Assembly: GCA_964461255.1 (NCBI GenBank)
Contig: CAYWTR010000004.1
Coordinates: 46,395 to 110,394, forward strand
DNA: 64,000 bases
Origin: an uncultured Fibrobacteraceae bacterium
GTDB taxonomy: Bacteria; Krumholzibacteriota; Krumholzibacteriia; LZORAL124-64-63
Reading direction: 5' to 3'
The position numbers were made by a program, and so were the translations under genes. The notes beneath the pieces are model-generated. The model made no database searches, was not told the origin of the DNA, and saw only the letters and a program-made list of their open reading frames with translations. Every line of letters begins with the position of its first letter. The first letter of the stretch is position 1. Shown here piece after piece: positions 26,391 to 36,900 of the stretch.

Positions 26391-28613
26391 ATGCAGGACG
26401 CGCCTGCCGACCGGCATGGGCCGAGCCTGGCCAAGCTTCGCCGCCTGGCCAACGCGCAGAAGTTCGACGAGCTGGAAACCGCCTGGGTCGAGGCGATCGG
26501 CGAGGGGGTGGTCGATCCCGGCGCCCTGCTGCCGATCGCCGGGCAGGTCGACCGGCTCGGCGAGCCGGACAAGGCGGTCGCCCTGCTGTGGTTCCTGCTG
26601 CACAACCTGGAGGAAAAGGAAGGGCCGGCAGCCGCGCTGCGGGCCGCGCGCCGGGCCGCCTCGGAGCTGCCGAACGCGGCCGCCCTGCGCGACGAGCTGA
26701 TGCGGCTCTACGACGCCGTGCACCCGGAGTACGCCGAGCTGCATGATCTGGTGGATAGCACCTTCGCCTCGCAGCTGTCCCTGCCGGACGCCGTGGCCAC
26801 CGTCGACCGCTATCTGGCGCTGCAGCCGGGGGCCTTCCTGCGCTCCGCATCGCACCTCGAACCTGGCGTCGTCGAAAGCGTCAACTCGCGCACCGGAGTC
26901 GTGGTCGCCCGTTTCGGCCAGCGCCACCACGATTTCCAGCGCGACCAGATGCTGCAGCTGACGGTGCTGCCGCCCGATCATTTCCGCGCCCTGATGCTCT
27001 ACGAGCCCGATCGGCTGCGCGCCCTGGCGACCGGGCAGCCGGTGGAATTCGTCTGCAGCGCCCTGAGCGGCGCCCGCGGCCAAACCCTGGCCTACCGCGA
27101 GCTGAAGGCGCAGATCGCCGGCCTGCTGGGTGACGGCGCCTGGGCCGGCTGGTGGGCGTCCGCGCGCGCGGCCCTGCGCCGCGACCCGCGCCTGGAGGTG
27201 TCGGCGGGCAGCCAGCCGACCTTCCGGCTGCTGGCCCAGGCGCGCACCTACGAGGAGCGCCTGCGCGACGAGTTCGCCGCGCTGCCCGAACCGCTGGCGA
27301 AGCTCGGGCTGGTTCTGGATTACCTGGAAGAAACCGACGGCAAGAGCGAGGCCGACCCCGACCTGCTGGCCCATTTCGGCCATGCCGCCGCCCGGCTGGC
27401 CGTGGCGGCGCTGCCGGCCGAGCCCGCGATCGCGCTGGCGGGTCTGGCCGCCCACGCGGCGATCGCTGCCCGCGGCGTGGCGGTGCCGCGCCCGGCCGGC
27501 AACGCGGCCGTCCAGGTCGTGAGCAAGCTGGGGGATCCGAGCCAGCTCCCGCGCCAGCTCGACGACGGACTGCTGCGGCTGGCGCTGGACTACCTGCGCG
27601 CCGAGCTGCCGGACGCCTGGCCATCGCTCTGGGGCGCCATCCTGCCGCGGGTCGGCCGCCGGCTGTGCGAGCAAATGGCGCGCGAGCTGGTCGAGGCCGG
27701 CCAGACCGCCGCGCTGGAGGCGGCGCTGGCGGAGGTGGTCGCCAGACCGACGGCCGCGCCCGACGCCCTCTGCTGGCTGTGGCGCGCCCGCCGCGGCGGC
27801 AAGCTGGCGCCGGTGCTCGGCGGCATGGCCTCGCTTTCCGGCCTGGAGGTCCTGTCCGCCCTGCTGAATCTGGCCGACGCCACCGGCAAGCTGTGCTCCG
27901 TCTCCGACGAGGACCGGCACCACAAGGTGCTGGCGCAGGTGCAGCAGGCGCTGGCGGGACAGGGCGGTTTGCCGGCGCGGGAGATCATCGCCGCCGCCAC
28001 GCCGTCCGCGGCGCGCCGCCTCAAGGAGCTGATCGAGGACAACAGCGGCCTGCCGGCCGCCACCCGCGGCGAGCTGCTGGGCTACGTGCGCGCCGGGCAT
28101 CCCGCCCTGCTGGTCGACCGCAGCAAGCCGTGGCAGGAGGATGTCATCTACACGACCGCCGCGGGGTTGGAGCAGCGCCGGTCGGAGTTTGAGCGCCTGG
28201 TCAAGCAGGAGCTGCCGGCCGTCGCCAAGCAGATCGGCGAGGCCGCGTCCCACGGCGACCTGAGCGAGAACTCCGAATACACCGCCGCGCTCGAGCGGCG
28301 CGACCAGATCACCAGCCGCGCCGCCGCGATCGAGGGCGAGCTGGCGCGCGCCCGCATGATCTCGCCCGACATGGCGGCCAGCGGCTACGTGAACGTCGGC
28401 ACACGCATCCGGGCCCGCATGCTGCCGGAAGGGCGCGAGGAAGACTACACCTTCCTGGGCCCCTGGGACGCCAACCCCGAGGAGCACATCCTGACCTACA
28501 ACGCGCCGCTGGCCCTGGCCTTCATGGGCCGCAAGCCGGGCGAGACGGTCGTCTACGGCGAGCCGCCGGAAGAGCGGCGCTGGGAGCTGCTGTCGGTCGA
28601 GCCGGCCATCTAG
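26391..28613 (+). CDS. Large protein (741 aa): ~580-aa alpha-helical N-terminal region fused to a C-terminal GreA/GreB transcript-cleavage-factor domain
   Basis: The C-terminus (EFERLVKQELPAVAKQIGEAASHGDLSENSEYTAALERRDQITSRAAAIEGELARARMI...) is a canonical GreA coiled-coil with acidic tip (DLSENSEY), plus the FKBP-like domain. The start is at MQDAPADRHG; the ORF is open from 26289. Confidence 0.65.
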   Translation: MQDAPADRHGPSLAKLRRLANAQKFDELETAWVEAIGEGVVDPGALLPIAGQVDRLGEPDKAVALLWFLLHNLEEKEGPAAALRAARRAASELPNAAALRDELMRLYDAVHPEYAELHDLVDSTFASQLSLPDAVATVDRYLALQPGAFLRSASHLEPGVVESVNSRTGVVVARFGQRHHDFQRDQMLQLTVLPPDHFRALMLYEPDRLRALATGQPVEFVCSALSGARGQTLAYRELKAQIAGLLGDGAWAGWWASARAALRRDPRLEVSAGSQPTFRLLAQARTYEERLRDEFAALPEPLAKLGLVLDYLEETDGKSEADPDLLAHFGHAAARLAVAALPAEPAIALAGLAAHAAIAARGVAVPRPAGNAAVQVVSKLGDPSQLPRQLDDGLLRLALDYLRAELPDAWPSLWGAILPRVGRRLCEQMARELVEAGQTAALEAALAEVVARPTAAPDALCWLWRARRGGKLAPVLGGMASLSGLEVLSALLNLADATGKLCSVSDEDRHHKVLAQVQQALAGQGGLPAREIIAAATPSAARRLKELIEDNSGLPAATRGELLGYVRAGHPALLVDRSKPWQEDVIYTTAAGLEQRRSEFERLVKQELPAVAKQIGEAASHGDLSENSEYTAALERRDQITSRAAAIEGELARARMISPDMAASGYVNVGTRIRARMLPEGREEDYTFLGPWDANPEEHILTYNAPLALAFMGRKPGETVVYGEPPEERRWELLSVEPAI

Positions 28614-28637
28614 CCGGACGGCAGCCGTCGCGACCGC

Positions 28638-29408
28638 TCACACGCCGCGGGGATGGCTGGCGTGCACCGCCGCCTGGTCGGCCGGCATGATCAGCAGCTG
28701 GCTGATGTTCACGTGCGGCGGCCGCGTCGCGCACCAGACGACGGCCTCGGCCACATCCTCCGGCCGCAGGGGCGGAAAACTCCGGTACACCTTGTCCGCC
28801 CGCTCCTGGTCGCCGTGGAAGCGCACCAGGCTGAATTCGGTCTGCACCATGCCCGGGTCGACGGTGGAAACGCGCACGCGCGTGCCCAGCAGGTCCAGGC
28901 GCAGACCCTGCGTGATCGCGTCCAGGGCGTGTTTGGTGGCGCAGTAGACGCTGCCGCCGGCATAGACCTGGTGGCCGGCGATCGACCCGATATTGATGAC
29001 GTGCCCCCGGTCGCGCGCGACCATGCCGGGCAGCACCGCCTGGGTGACCCAGAGCACGCCCTTGACGTTCGTGTCGATCATCTCCTCGTGATCCGACGGC
29101 AGCGCCTGGTGCAGCTTGTCCAGCCCGCGCGACAGCCCCGCGTTGTTGACCAGGATGTCGACCTCGGCCCACGCGGGCGGCAGGCCGCCCAGCGCGGCGT
29201 TGACCGCATCGCGGTCGCGCACGTCCAGCGCGAGCGGCAGGCAGTCGGCGCCGCGCTCTTCGGCCAGTTCGCGTCGCAGCTCGGCCAGGCGGTCGCCGCG
29301 GCGCGCGGCGACGATCAGGCGGCACCCCTGCCGCGCGAAGGCCAGCGCGACGGCGCGGCCGATGCCGGCGCTGGCGCCGGTGACCAGGACGATGCGGTTG
29401 GAAAGCAT
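28638..29408 (-). CDS. Short-chain dehydrogenase/reductase (SDR) family oxidoreductase
   Basis: TGASAGIGRA cofactor motif, NNAG, and the S...YxxxK catalytic pattern (YCATKHAL). Confidence 0.8.
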   Translation of the reverse strand: MLSNRIVLVTGASAGIGRAVALAFARQGCRLIVAARRGDRLAELRRELAEERGADCLPLALDVRDRDAVNAALGGLPPAWAEVDILVNNAGLSRGLDKLHQALPSDHEEMIDTNVKGVLWVTQAVLPGMVARDRGHVINIGSIAGHQVYAGGSVYCATKHALDAITQGLRLDLLGTRVRVSTVDPGMVQTEFSLVRFHGDQERADKVYRSFPPLRPEDVAEAVVWCATRPPHVNISQLLIMPADQAAVHASHPRGV

Positions 29409-29465
29409 GACGGCAGTCTCTCCTCGGATTGGGGTGCCAAGCCATTGCCGGTCAGGGGCGCGCTC

Positions 29466-30911
29466 TCACCCCTTGAGCACTCCCAGCGGGGCCAGGCGGA
29501 CGACCTTGTCCGCCAGGCCTGCCCGGGCCACGGCCTCGACCACCTGCGAGACGTCCTTGTAGGCCTCGGGCATCTCCTCGGCGATGGTGCCGCGGCTGGC
29601 TGCCATCACCACCACACCGCGCCGGCGCATCTCGTCGCCCAGCTTGCGGCCGCGGGCGGCCCTCTGGGCGGCGGCGCGGCTGAGCACGCGGCCGGCGCCG
29701 TGGCAGGCCGAGCCGAAGGTCTCGCGCATCGCCCCCTCGCGGCCGGCCAGCACGTACGAGCAGCGGCCCATGTCGCCCGGGATCAGCACCGGCTGCCCGA
29801 CGGCGCGGTAGCGTTCGGGCAGCTCGGGGTGCCCGGGGCCGAAGGCGCGCGTGGCCCCCTTGCGGTGCACGCAGAAACGGCGCGGGCGCGTTTCGCCCGG
29901 CGCGACGTGCTGCTCCCACTTGGCGATGTTGTGCGCGACCTCGTAGACCGTGGTCAGACCGGCGGCGGCGGCCGGTCCCAGCACCTCGGCGAAGGCGTCG
30001 CGCACGCGCGCGGCGATGAGCTGCCGGTTGGCGAAGGCGAAGTTGACGGCCGCGGCCATCGCCGCCAGGTAATCGCGGCCCTCGCGGCTGGTCAACGGCG
30101 CGCAGCAGAGCTGGCGGTCGGGCAGGTGGATGCCGTGGCGCCGGCTGGCCTCGATCATCACGCGCAGGTGGTCGTCGCACACCTGGTGGCCGAAGCCGCG
30201 GCTGCCGGAATGGATCATCACCGTGACGCGGCCCTGCTCCAGGCCCATGGCGGCGGCGCCGTCGGCATCGCACACCTGGTCGACGGCCCCGATCTCCACG
30301 AAGTGGTTGCCCGAGCCGAGCGTGCCGAGCTGGTCGCGGCCCCGCTCGCGGGCGCGCGCGCTCGGCAGATCCGGATCCGCGCCGGGCAGCCGGCCGCCTT
30401 CCTCGATGTGCTCCAGATCCGCAGGCGTGCCGTAGCCGCGCCTCGCAGCCCAGCCGGCCCCCTCGACCAGCACGCGGCTCAGGTCGCCGTCGCTCAGCCG
30501 CAGCGGTCCGCCTGCGCCCACGCCGCTGGGCACGTGCCGCAGCAGCGCCTCGACCAGCGGCTCGATTTGCGGCTCGATCTCGCCGCGGGTCAGGTCGGAG
30601 CGCAGCAGGCGCACGCCGCAGTTGATGTCGTAGCCGACGCCGCCCGGGGAGATGACACCCTCCTCGGCGTCGAAGGCGGCCACGCCGCCGATCGGGAAAC
30701 CGTACCCCCAGTGGATGTCCGGCATCGCCAGCGAGTAGCCGACGATGCCGGGCAGGTGGGCCACGTTGGCCACCTGCTCGACGGCGTTGTCGCGCAGCAG
30801 GCCGGGCAGCATGTCGGCGGTGGCGTAGATCCGCCCCGGCACGCGCATGCCGCCGCGCGGGGCGATCTCCCAGACCGCCTCGCCGGCCTGTCGCAGCCGT
30901 TCGCGTTCCAC
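29466..30911 (-). CDS. rtcB: RNA-splicing ligase RtcB (3'-phosphate/5'-OH RNA ligase)
   Basis: Diagnostic RtcB metal and GTP motifs: GYDINCGVRLL, GSGNHFVEI, HSGSRGFGHQ, HNIAKWEQH, HGAGR. Confidence 0.85.
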   Translation of the reverse strand: MERERLRQAGEAVWEIAPRGGMRVPGRIYATADMLPGLLRDNAVEQVANVAHLPGIVGYSLAMPDIHWGYGFPIGGVAAFDAEEGVISPGGVGYDINCGVRLLRSDLTRGEIEPQIEPLVEALLRHVPSGVGAGGPLRLSDGDLSRVLVEGAGWAARRGYGTPADLEHIEEGGRLPGADPDLPSARARERGRDQLGTLGSGNHFVEIGAVDQVCDADGAAAMGLEQGRVTVMIHSGSRGFGHQVCDDHLRVMIEASRRHGIHLPDRQLCCAPLTSREGRDYLAAMAAAVNFAFANRQLIAARVRDAFAEVLGPAAAAGLTTVYEVAHNIAKWEQHVAPGETRPRRFCVHRKGATRAFGPGHPELPERYRAVGQPVLIPGDMGRCSYVLAGREGAMRETFGSACHGAGRVLSRAAAQRAARGRKLGDEMRRRGVVVMAASRGTIAEEMPEAYKDVSQVVEAVARAGLADKVVRLAPLGVLKG

Positions 30912-31014
30912 GACGCCCCTTCCTTTGCGCCCGGTCCGGCTGCCCCGGCGGCCGGGCGAGCCACGCGCCGCCGCGCGGCCCCCGGCGAGGCCGCCGGCGA
31001 GGCCGCCGGCGCGG

Positions 31015-31602
31015 CTAGAGGTCGAAGATCACGCGCGCCCGCCAGCGGCCGCCGCCGGTCGCGCCCGCCTCGGCCTGATGGAACGTGACGGCCTTGATCT
31101 CGCGCCCCGCGGCGTGCCGCGCCGGGTCGATCGGCTCGCCCTCGGCGCGGCCGCGCAGGCGGCAGGCAGCGGGCGCGACGCTCAGCTCGTCCACGGCGAA
31201 GCGTCCGTACACCTCGCGCCGCAGCGCGCCCAGCGCGTTGATCTCGGCCAGCCAGTTGACCAGCAGCTCGACCAGGTCGTGACCGGCCGTCTCCACCGTG
31301 CGCGTCACGACGGGCCGGATCTCACCCTCGGGCCACGCCAGCCGCATCATCTGCTGCGCGCAGGCGGTCAGCAGCCGCGGCAGCGAAGGGGCCGTGACGA
31401 TGAAACCGGCGTCGGCCGTGTGCTCGATCGGTTCGACCGCGATGTCGTCGCCGCTGCCGCGGGCGTTGCTGCAGCCGGCATCGCCGCCGTCGTCGCTGCC
31501 GCCGCCTTCGCCGCTGCCGCCGCCGCCGTCGCCGCGCGGATCGGCGCCGGCCGGAACGCCGGCGCCGTCCAGACCGCCCGCCGCCGGCTCGGGCGGCGTC
31601 AC
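31015..31602 (-). CDS. Archease (RtcB activator) with Gly/Asp-rich N-terminal low-complexity extension
   Basis: IEHTADAGF motif and conserved archease C-terminal region (EIKAVTFHQAE). Putative GTG start overlaps the stop of the upstream S9 peptidase (GTGA). The start is uncertain because no ATG is present. Confidence 0.6.
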   Translation of the reverse strand: MTPPEPAAGGLDGAGVPAGADPRGDGGGGSGEGGGSDDGGDAGCSNARGSGDDIAVEPIEHTADAGFIVTAPSLPRLLTACAQQMMRLAWPEGEIRPVVTRTVETAGHDLVELLVNWLAEINALGALRREVYGRFAVDELSVAPAACRLRGRAEGEPIDPARHAAGREIKAVTFHQAEAGATGGGRWRARVIFDL

Positions 31603-33725
31603 CGAGTCCAGCGCTGCAACCAGCCGAGCACCTCCTCGTGCCACTGGATCGAGTTGTGGGGCTTGAGCACCCAGTGGTTCTCGTCGGGGAACACCAGCAG
31701 TCGCGCCGGCACCCCCTGGCGGCGCAGCGCCGTGAAGGTGGACAGCCCCTGGGTGTAGACGACGCGGTAGTCCTTGACCCCGTGCACGACCAGGGTTGGG
31801 ACCGACCAGCCGGCCACGTGCTCGATCGGGTTGTGCTTGGTGTAGCCGGCGGGATTTTCCCAGGGGGTGCCGCCGCGTTCCCACTCGGGGAACCAGAGCT
31901 CTTCGGTGTCGAAGTAGGCCATGCGCTCGTCCAGATTGCCGTCGTGGCAGACCAGCGCCTTGAACCTCTTGCCGAACGGCTGGCCGTGCAGCCAGTTGAT
32001 CATGTAGCCGCCGTAGCTGGCGCCGGCGGCGACCACCCGCTCGCCGTCCAGCCAGGGATAGCGGGCCAGCGCCGCGTCGAGCCCCTTTTCCAGATCCTCC
32101 AGCGGCCGGTCGCCCCAGTGGCCGTTGATCGCGTCGGTGAACTCCTGGCCGTACCCGGTCGAGCCGTGGAAGTCGATCATCAGCGCGGCGAAGCCGGCCC
32201 CGACGTAGGTCTGCGGGTTCCAGCGGTAGTGCCAGTCGTTGCCGAAGCTTCCCTGCGGGCCGCCATGGATGAGGAAGGCGACCGGATACTTGCGCGCGGC
32301 GTCGAAATCGAGCGGCTTGACCAGGTAGGCGTGCACGACGGCGTCGTTCCAGCCGCGGAAGGTGAACTGCTCCGGCTGGCCCAGCTTGACCTGCGCCAGC
32401 TTCTCCGCGTTGAGCGCCGTCACGCGGCGCAGGCTCTTGCCGTCGCGCCCGATCGTCAGCAGCTCGTTGGGCGAAATCAGGGTGTTCTGGGCCAGCAGCA
32501 GCCCGTTCTTGACCAGCTGCAGCGAGCCGTTGCTGCCGTCGCGCAGCACCTCGCGCACGCCTCCGGTGCGGACATCCACGGCATAGACGCTGTGTTGCCC
32601 CAGGTTGTCGGCGGCGCAGAAGATGGTGCGGCCGTCCTCGGACCATAGCAGCCCGGAGGGCGAGCGGTCCCACGACTCGGTCAGCACGCGCGCGGCGCCG
32701 CCGGGCCAGTCCATCAACACGATGCGCGTGCGGTCGGCCTCGTAGCCGGGGCGCGCCATCGCCAGATAGGCCAGGATGCGGCCGTCCGGCGAGAACGATG
32801 GCTCGTTGTCCCAGGCGCGATTGTCCACGGTCAGGCGCCGCGGCGGCGCCGAGCCGTCCAGCGGCACCGCCCACAGGTCGACGTCGGTGCTCCAGGCCGG
32901 CTCGCTGCCCGGCAGCACCTTGGCCGCGAAGACCAGGGTGCGGCCGTCGCGGCTGACCGCCAGCTCCTCACCGCCGCCGAAGGGCCTGGTCGGGGCGTCG
33001 GCGTCCAGGTCGGGCATCAGGTCGCGCGTCTGGTCGTCGGAGCCGGCCAGCGGCCGCACGAAGATGTGCGAGCGCTTGCCGTCCTCCCAGGCGTCCCAGT
33101 GCCGGAAGAGAAGCTCGTCGTAGGCCAGACCGCTGCGCTTGCGCGCGGCCAGCTCCTGATCGCGCGCCACGGTCTGGGCGATGGTGGCGCCGGGGTAGAC
33201 CTCGAGCGCCAGCAGCATGGCCCCCGCCTGCGGCGCCAGCTCGAGGACGCCGACGTCCAGCGGCAGATCGGTCACCTGCACCGCCTCGCCGCCGGCGGGA
33301 TCGATCCTCCACACCTGCGCCGAACCCGAACGCGCGGACAGGAAGCAGAGCGTGCCGTCCGGCAGCCAGCGGGGATTCCAGTCGTTCTCCGGATGGCTGG
33401 TCAAGCGGCGCAGGCCGCTGCCATCGACGTTGACCAGCCAGATGTCGGTGCGGCCGCGGTTGGCGTCCAGGTCGGTCTGGCGCACGGTGAAGGCGGCGCG
33501 CTGCCCGCCGGGCGCCACCTGAGGTTCGCTGATCCGGTCCATCGCGACCAGATCGTGCACCGTGAAGGGATGCGGCGCCTCGGCCGCCGCGGCACGGTCC
33601 GCCGGCATGGCGGCGGCGGCCAGGATCAAGAAGCCGGCGACGGCGAGGCCGGCGGTGAGGAACGCCGCGGCGCGCGCGGCGGCGGTGGATGTGGGCTGCG
33701 ATGCCTGCGGGAAGGGTTGGCGCAC
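31599..33725 (-). CDS. S9 family serine peptidase (prolyl oligopeptidase/acylaminoacyl-peptidase-like) with N-terminal beta-propeller, secreted
   Basis: Propeller repeats (PxWSPDG-like: NEPSFSPDGRILAY). Catalytic GASYGGYM serine and HGxxD...H at the C-terminus. Signal peptide. GTG start with a ggagg RBS. The long upstream extension of the ORF is artefactual. Confidence 0.75.
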   Translation of the reverse strand: MRQPFPQASQPTSTAAARAAAFLTAGLAVAGFLILAAAAMPADRAAAAEAPHPFTVHDLVAMDRISEPQVAPGGQRAAFTVRQTDLDANRGRTDIWLVNVDGSGLRRLTSHPENDWNPRWLPDGTLCFLSARSGSAQVWRIDPAGGEAVQVTDLPLDVGVLELAPQAGAMLLALEVYPGATIAQTVARDQELAARKRSGLAYDELLFRHWDAWEDGKRSHIFVRPLAGSDDQTRDLMPDLDADAPTRPFGGGEELAVSRDGRTLVFAAKVLPGSEPAWSTDVDLWAVPLDGSAPPRRLTVDNRAWDNEPSFSPDGRILAYLAMARPGYEADRTRIVLMDWPGGAARVLTESWDRSPSGLLWSEDGRTIFCAADNLGQHSVYAVDVRTGGVREVLRDGSNGSLQLVKNGLLLAQNTLISPNELLTIGRDGKSLRRVTALNAEKLAQVKLGQPEQFTFRGWNDAVVHAYLVKPLDFDAARKYPVAFLIHGGPQGSFGNDWHYRWNPQTYVGAGFAALMIDFHGSTGYGQEFTDAINGHWGDRPLEDLEKGLDAALARYPWLDGERVVAAGASYGGYMINWLHGQPFGKRFKALVCHDGNLDERMAYFDTEELWFPEWERGGTPWENPAGYTKHNPIEHVAGWSVPTLVVHGVKDYRVVYTQGLSTFTALRRQGVPARLLVFPDENHWVLKPHNSIQWHEEVLGWLQRWTR

Positions 33726-33968
33726 GGGAAGGACCTCCGGGATTGAGATCGGGCTCGAGGATCGCGCGGGCGCGCGACGCGTTGAGTGCGACCTCAGTAT
33801 AATAGGCGCGCGGCTGCTCATGTGCGATGCCGGTGTTGCGATTCCCTGTTCATTTCGGGTATTATCACGCAACCGCCAAGCGTCCACCCACGCCGTCGCC
33901 CCGAGCGGACAGGCCCCGGGCACTGCCGCCCGGCGGCCGCTTTGGCTTGTCCAAATGGAGGTGCGGCC

Positions 33969-36900
33969 ATGCGCACGCGCCGCCCTGACTTGTTGTCGCC
34001 GGCCAACGTCGGTCGTGTCTGCCTGCTGCTGCTGGCCCTGCCGCTGCTCGCGCCGGCCGCCGCCGGCGTCGAGCCGGGCCAGGACATCCTCGGCATCTAC
34101 TTCGACACCGCCGCCGGCGGCGACGCCGTCGCCACCACGGAGGCGCCCCAGCTGGTCACCGGGTATCTCATCCTGCGCAACGCCAGCGCCGTCGCGGGCG
34201 TGTCGGGTTGGGAGTGCGCCGTCGAACTCCAGGGCGAGGGCGTTCTGACCATGGGTTGGGAGCTGGCGGCGGGATACAACTTCGCCGACCCGCCCAGCTT
34301 CCTCGTCGGGATCGGCACCTTCGACCGCCTGCCGTGGGCGCCGGCGATCGTGCTGGCAACCGGCAGCTTCCTCGTGACATCGCCCGCCGGACATGGCCGT
34401 TTCTATCTGCATCCCCACGATCCGCCCTCGCTGCCGGACACGCCGGCGCCGATCTACGCGGCGGGCAACGACGAGACCGATCTGCGGCCGCTGGGATGGC
34501 CGCGCGGGGACCGGGCGCTGCCGGTGGCGGCCATCAACCCGGCGCTGGGCGGGCCGTATTGCACGGCGACGCCGTCGCGGCTCGATTTCGGCACCGTGGT
34601 GCTGGGTCAGACGGCCACGGCCGGCTTCCTCGTCGGCAACGCCGGCGGCGGCGTCGTCGCCGGCAGCGTCGGCGCGCCGAGCAACGACGCCTTCACCGTG
34701 ATCGCGGGCGGCGGGCCCTACGAACTGGCCAGCGGGCAGTCGCACGAGGTGCTGGTCAGCTTCCAGCCGCAGGCCGATGGCGAATTCGCCGCGGCGTTGG
34801 ACGCTTGCCTGCCGGTCCTGCTGCAAGGACGGGGAGCGCTGGAGGCGCCGTGCCGCCTGGAGCCGGCGGCGATCGATTTCGGCGAGGTCACCGCGTATTC
34901 GAGCACCTATGCCAATTTCACGATCACCAACGCGTCCGCCTTCCCGTTCTCAGGGTTTGTCGCCAGCCTCTGTTCGGAGATCGAGGTGTTGGCCGGCGGG
35001 GGGAGCTACACCCTCGTTCCGGGCCAGCAGCGGCCCGTAACGCTGCTGCTGCGTCCCGTCACGGTCGGCCCGTTCAGCTGCGAGATCGCGGTGGGGGGGG
35101 AGTGTTCGACCCTGCCCTGCCAGGCCGTCGTTGTCGAGGCGCCGCCCGCCTGTCTGGTCAGCCCGGCCGCCCTGGATTTCGGCAGGGTTGCGGTGGGCGG
35201 GCATGCGGACAGGCAGTTCTCGTTCTGGAACTCGGGCGGCGGCCTGCTGGAAGGCGAGGTCGCGGCCGATTGCGAACACTTCGCGATCCTGTCCGGCGCC
35301 GGACCCTTCAGCCTGGCGCACGGCCACACGCGCGATGTCGTAGTGCGCTACGCGCCGCAGACCCACGACGCGCACACCTGCGCCGTCACCTTCGGCGAGT
35401 CCGGCTGCGGCCCCGTGATCTGCAGCGGCGTCGCCCCGCTGTGCAGCGTGACGCCCGACACGCTCGATTTCGGGATCGTGGACAGGTACACCTCCGCCGA
35501 CCTCGCGTTCACGATCGCCAATCCCGGCGGCGCGCCCATCAGCGGCGAGGTGGCCGAATCGTGCGCCCGCTTCTCCCTGGTGGCGGGCGGCGGCGCCTTC
35601 ACGCTGGCGCCGGGCGAGCAGCGCATCGTGGTCGTGCGGTTCCTGGCGGAGGTGGCGGGCACGTTCACCTGCGTCGTCACGACGGGGACCGACTGCGCCG
35701 ACGTCTTCTGCCGCGCCGTCGCGGTGGAGCCGCCGCCGCTTTGCGCGATCAGCCCGCCGGCGCTGGAGTTCGGCGTGGTCAACGTGGGCGCCAGCGTCGA
35801 ACGGTCCTTCACGATCACCAACACCGGCGGCGGACTGCTGCAGGGGGCCGTGTCCAGCCCCTGCCCCGAGTTCGCCGTGATCCAGGGCGGAGGCGGGTAC
35901 GCGCTGGCGCACAACAGCTCGCGCATCGTCAGGGTTCGCTTCACGCCGGCCCAGGACGGGCCCCGCAGCTGCGAGATCGCCACCGGAGGCGCCTGCGCCG
36001 TGGTGCCCTGCTCCGGCACCGGCGTCGGCCCCTTCTGTGCGATCACGCCCGCTTCGCTGGATTTCGGGCAGGTGCGCGTGGGCGCCTCCCGCGAACTCAC
36101 CTTCGTCGTCAGGAACGTCGGCGGCGGCTGGCTCGACGGGCAGCCGAGCGCGGACTGCGCCGCCTATGCCATCGTCGCCGGCGGCGAACCGTTCCATCTG
36201 GGGCCGGGACAGACGCGCCTGGTGACCGTCCGTTTCGCGCCCCAGACCACCGGCGAGCACGTCTGCGATGTCAGCCCCGGCGCGGACTGCGCGCCGGTCC
36301 ATTGCACGGGGACGGGCGCGGATCCGCCGCCCGGCTGCTGGCTCGAGCCCGCCCAGCTCGATTTCGGCGCGCTGCAACCGGGCCCCGGCCAGACGCGCGA
36401 TCTGGTCTTCACCATCAACAACGGCGGACCGGACATGGTCAGCGGCGACGTGCAGGCCGCCTGCGAGCACTTCGCGCTGATCGCGGGCGCCGGTCCCTTC
36501 ACGCTGGCGCCGGGCGAGGTCCGCCCGGTCACGGTGCGCTACGCGCCCTCCGCGTACGGGCAGCATGCCTGCGCGGTGCAGATCGGCACCGATTGCGGCC
36601 AGATCCTCTGCACGGGTTCGTTCGGGCCCGCCACCTCCGAGGATGTGCTGGGCGTCTATTTCGACACCGCCGGCCAGAACAACCACATCTGGACGACGCA
36701 GCCGTTCGAGCCGGTGCGCGCCTACCTGATCCTCAAGAACGCGTCGCAGCCGTCCGGCGTCGGGGGCTGGGAGTGCTGCGTCGAGATGGTAGGACCCTCG
36801 ACTGGCATGTCCTGGACGGTCGCGGGCGGCGGCACGAACTTCCTGCAGGCGCCCTGCTTCGCGGTCGGCTACGGCGTCGTCCCGCCGCCGTGGTCGCCGG

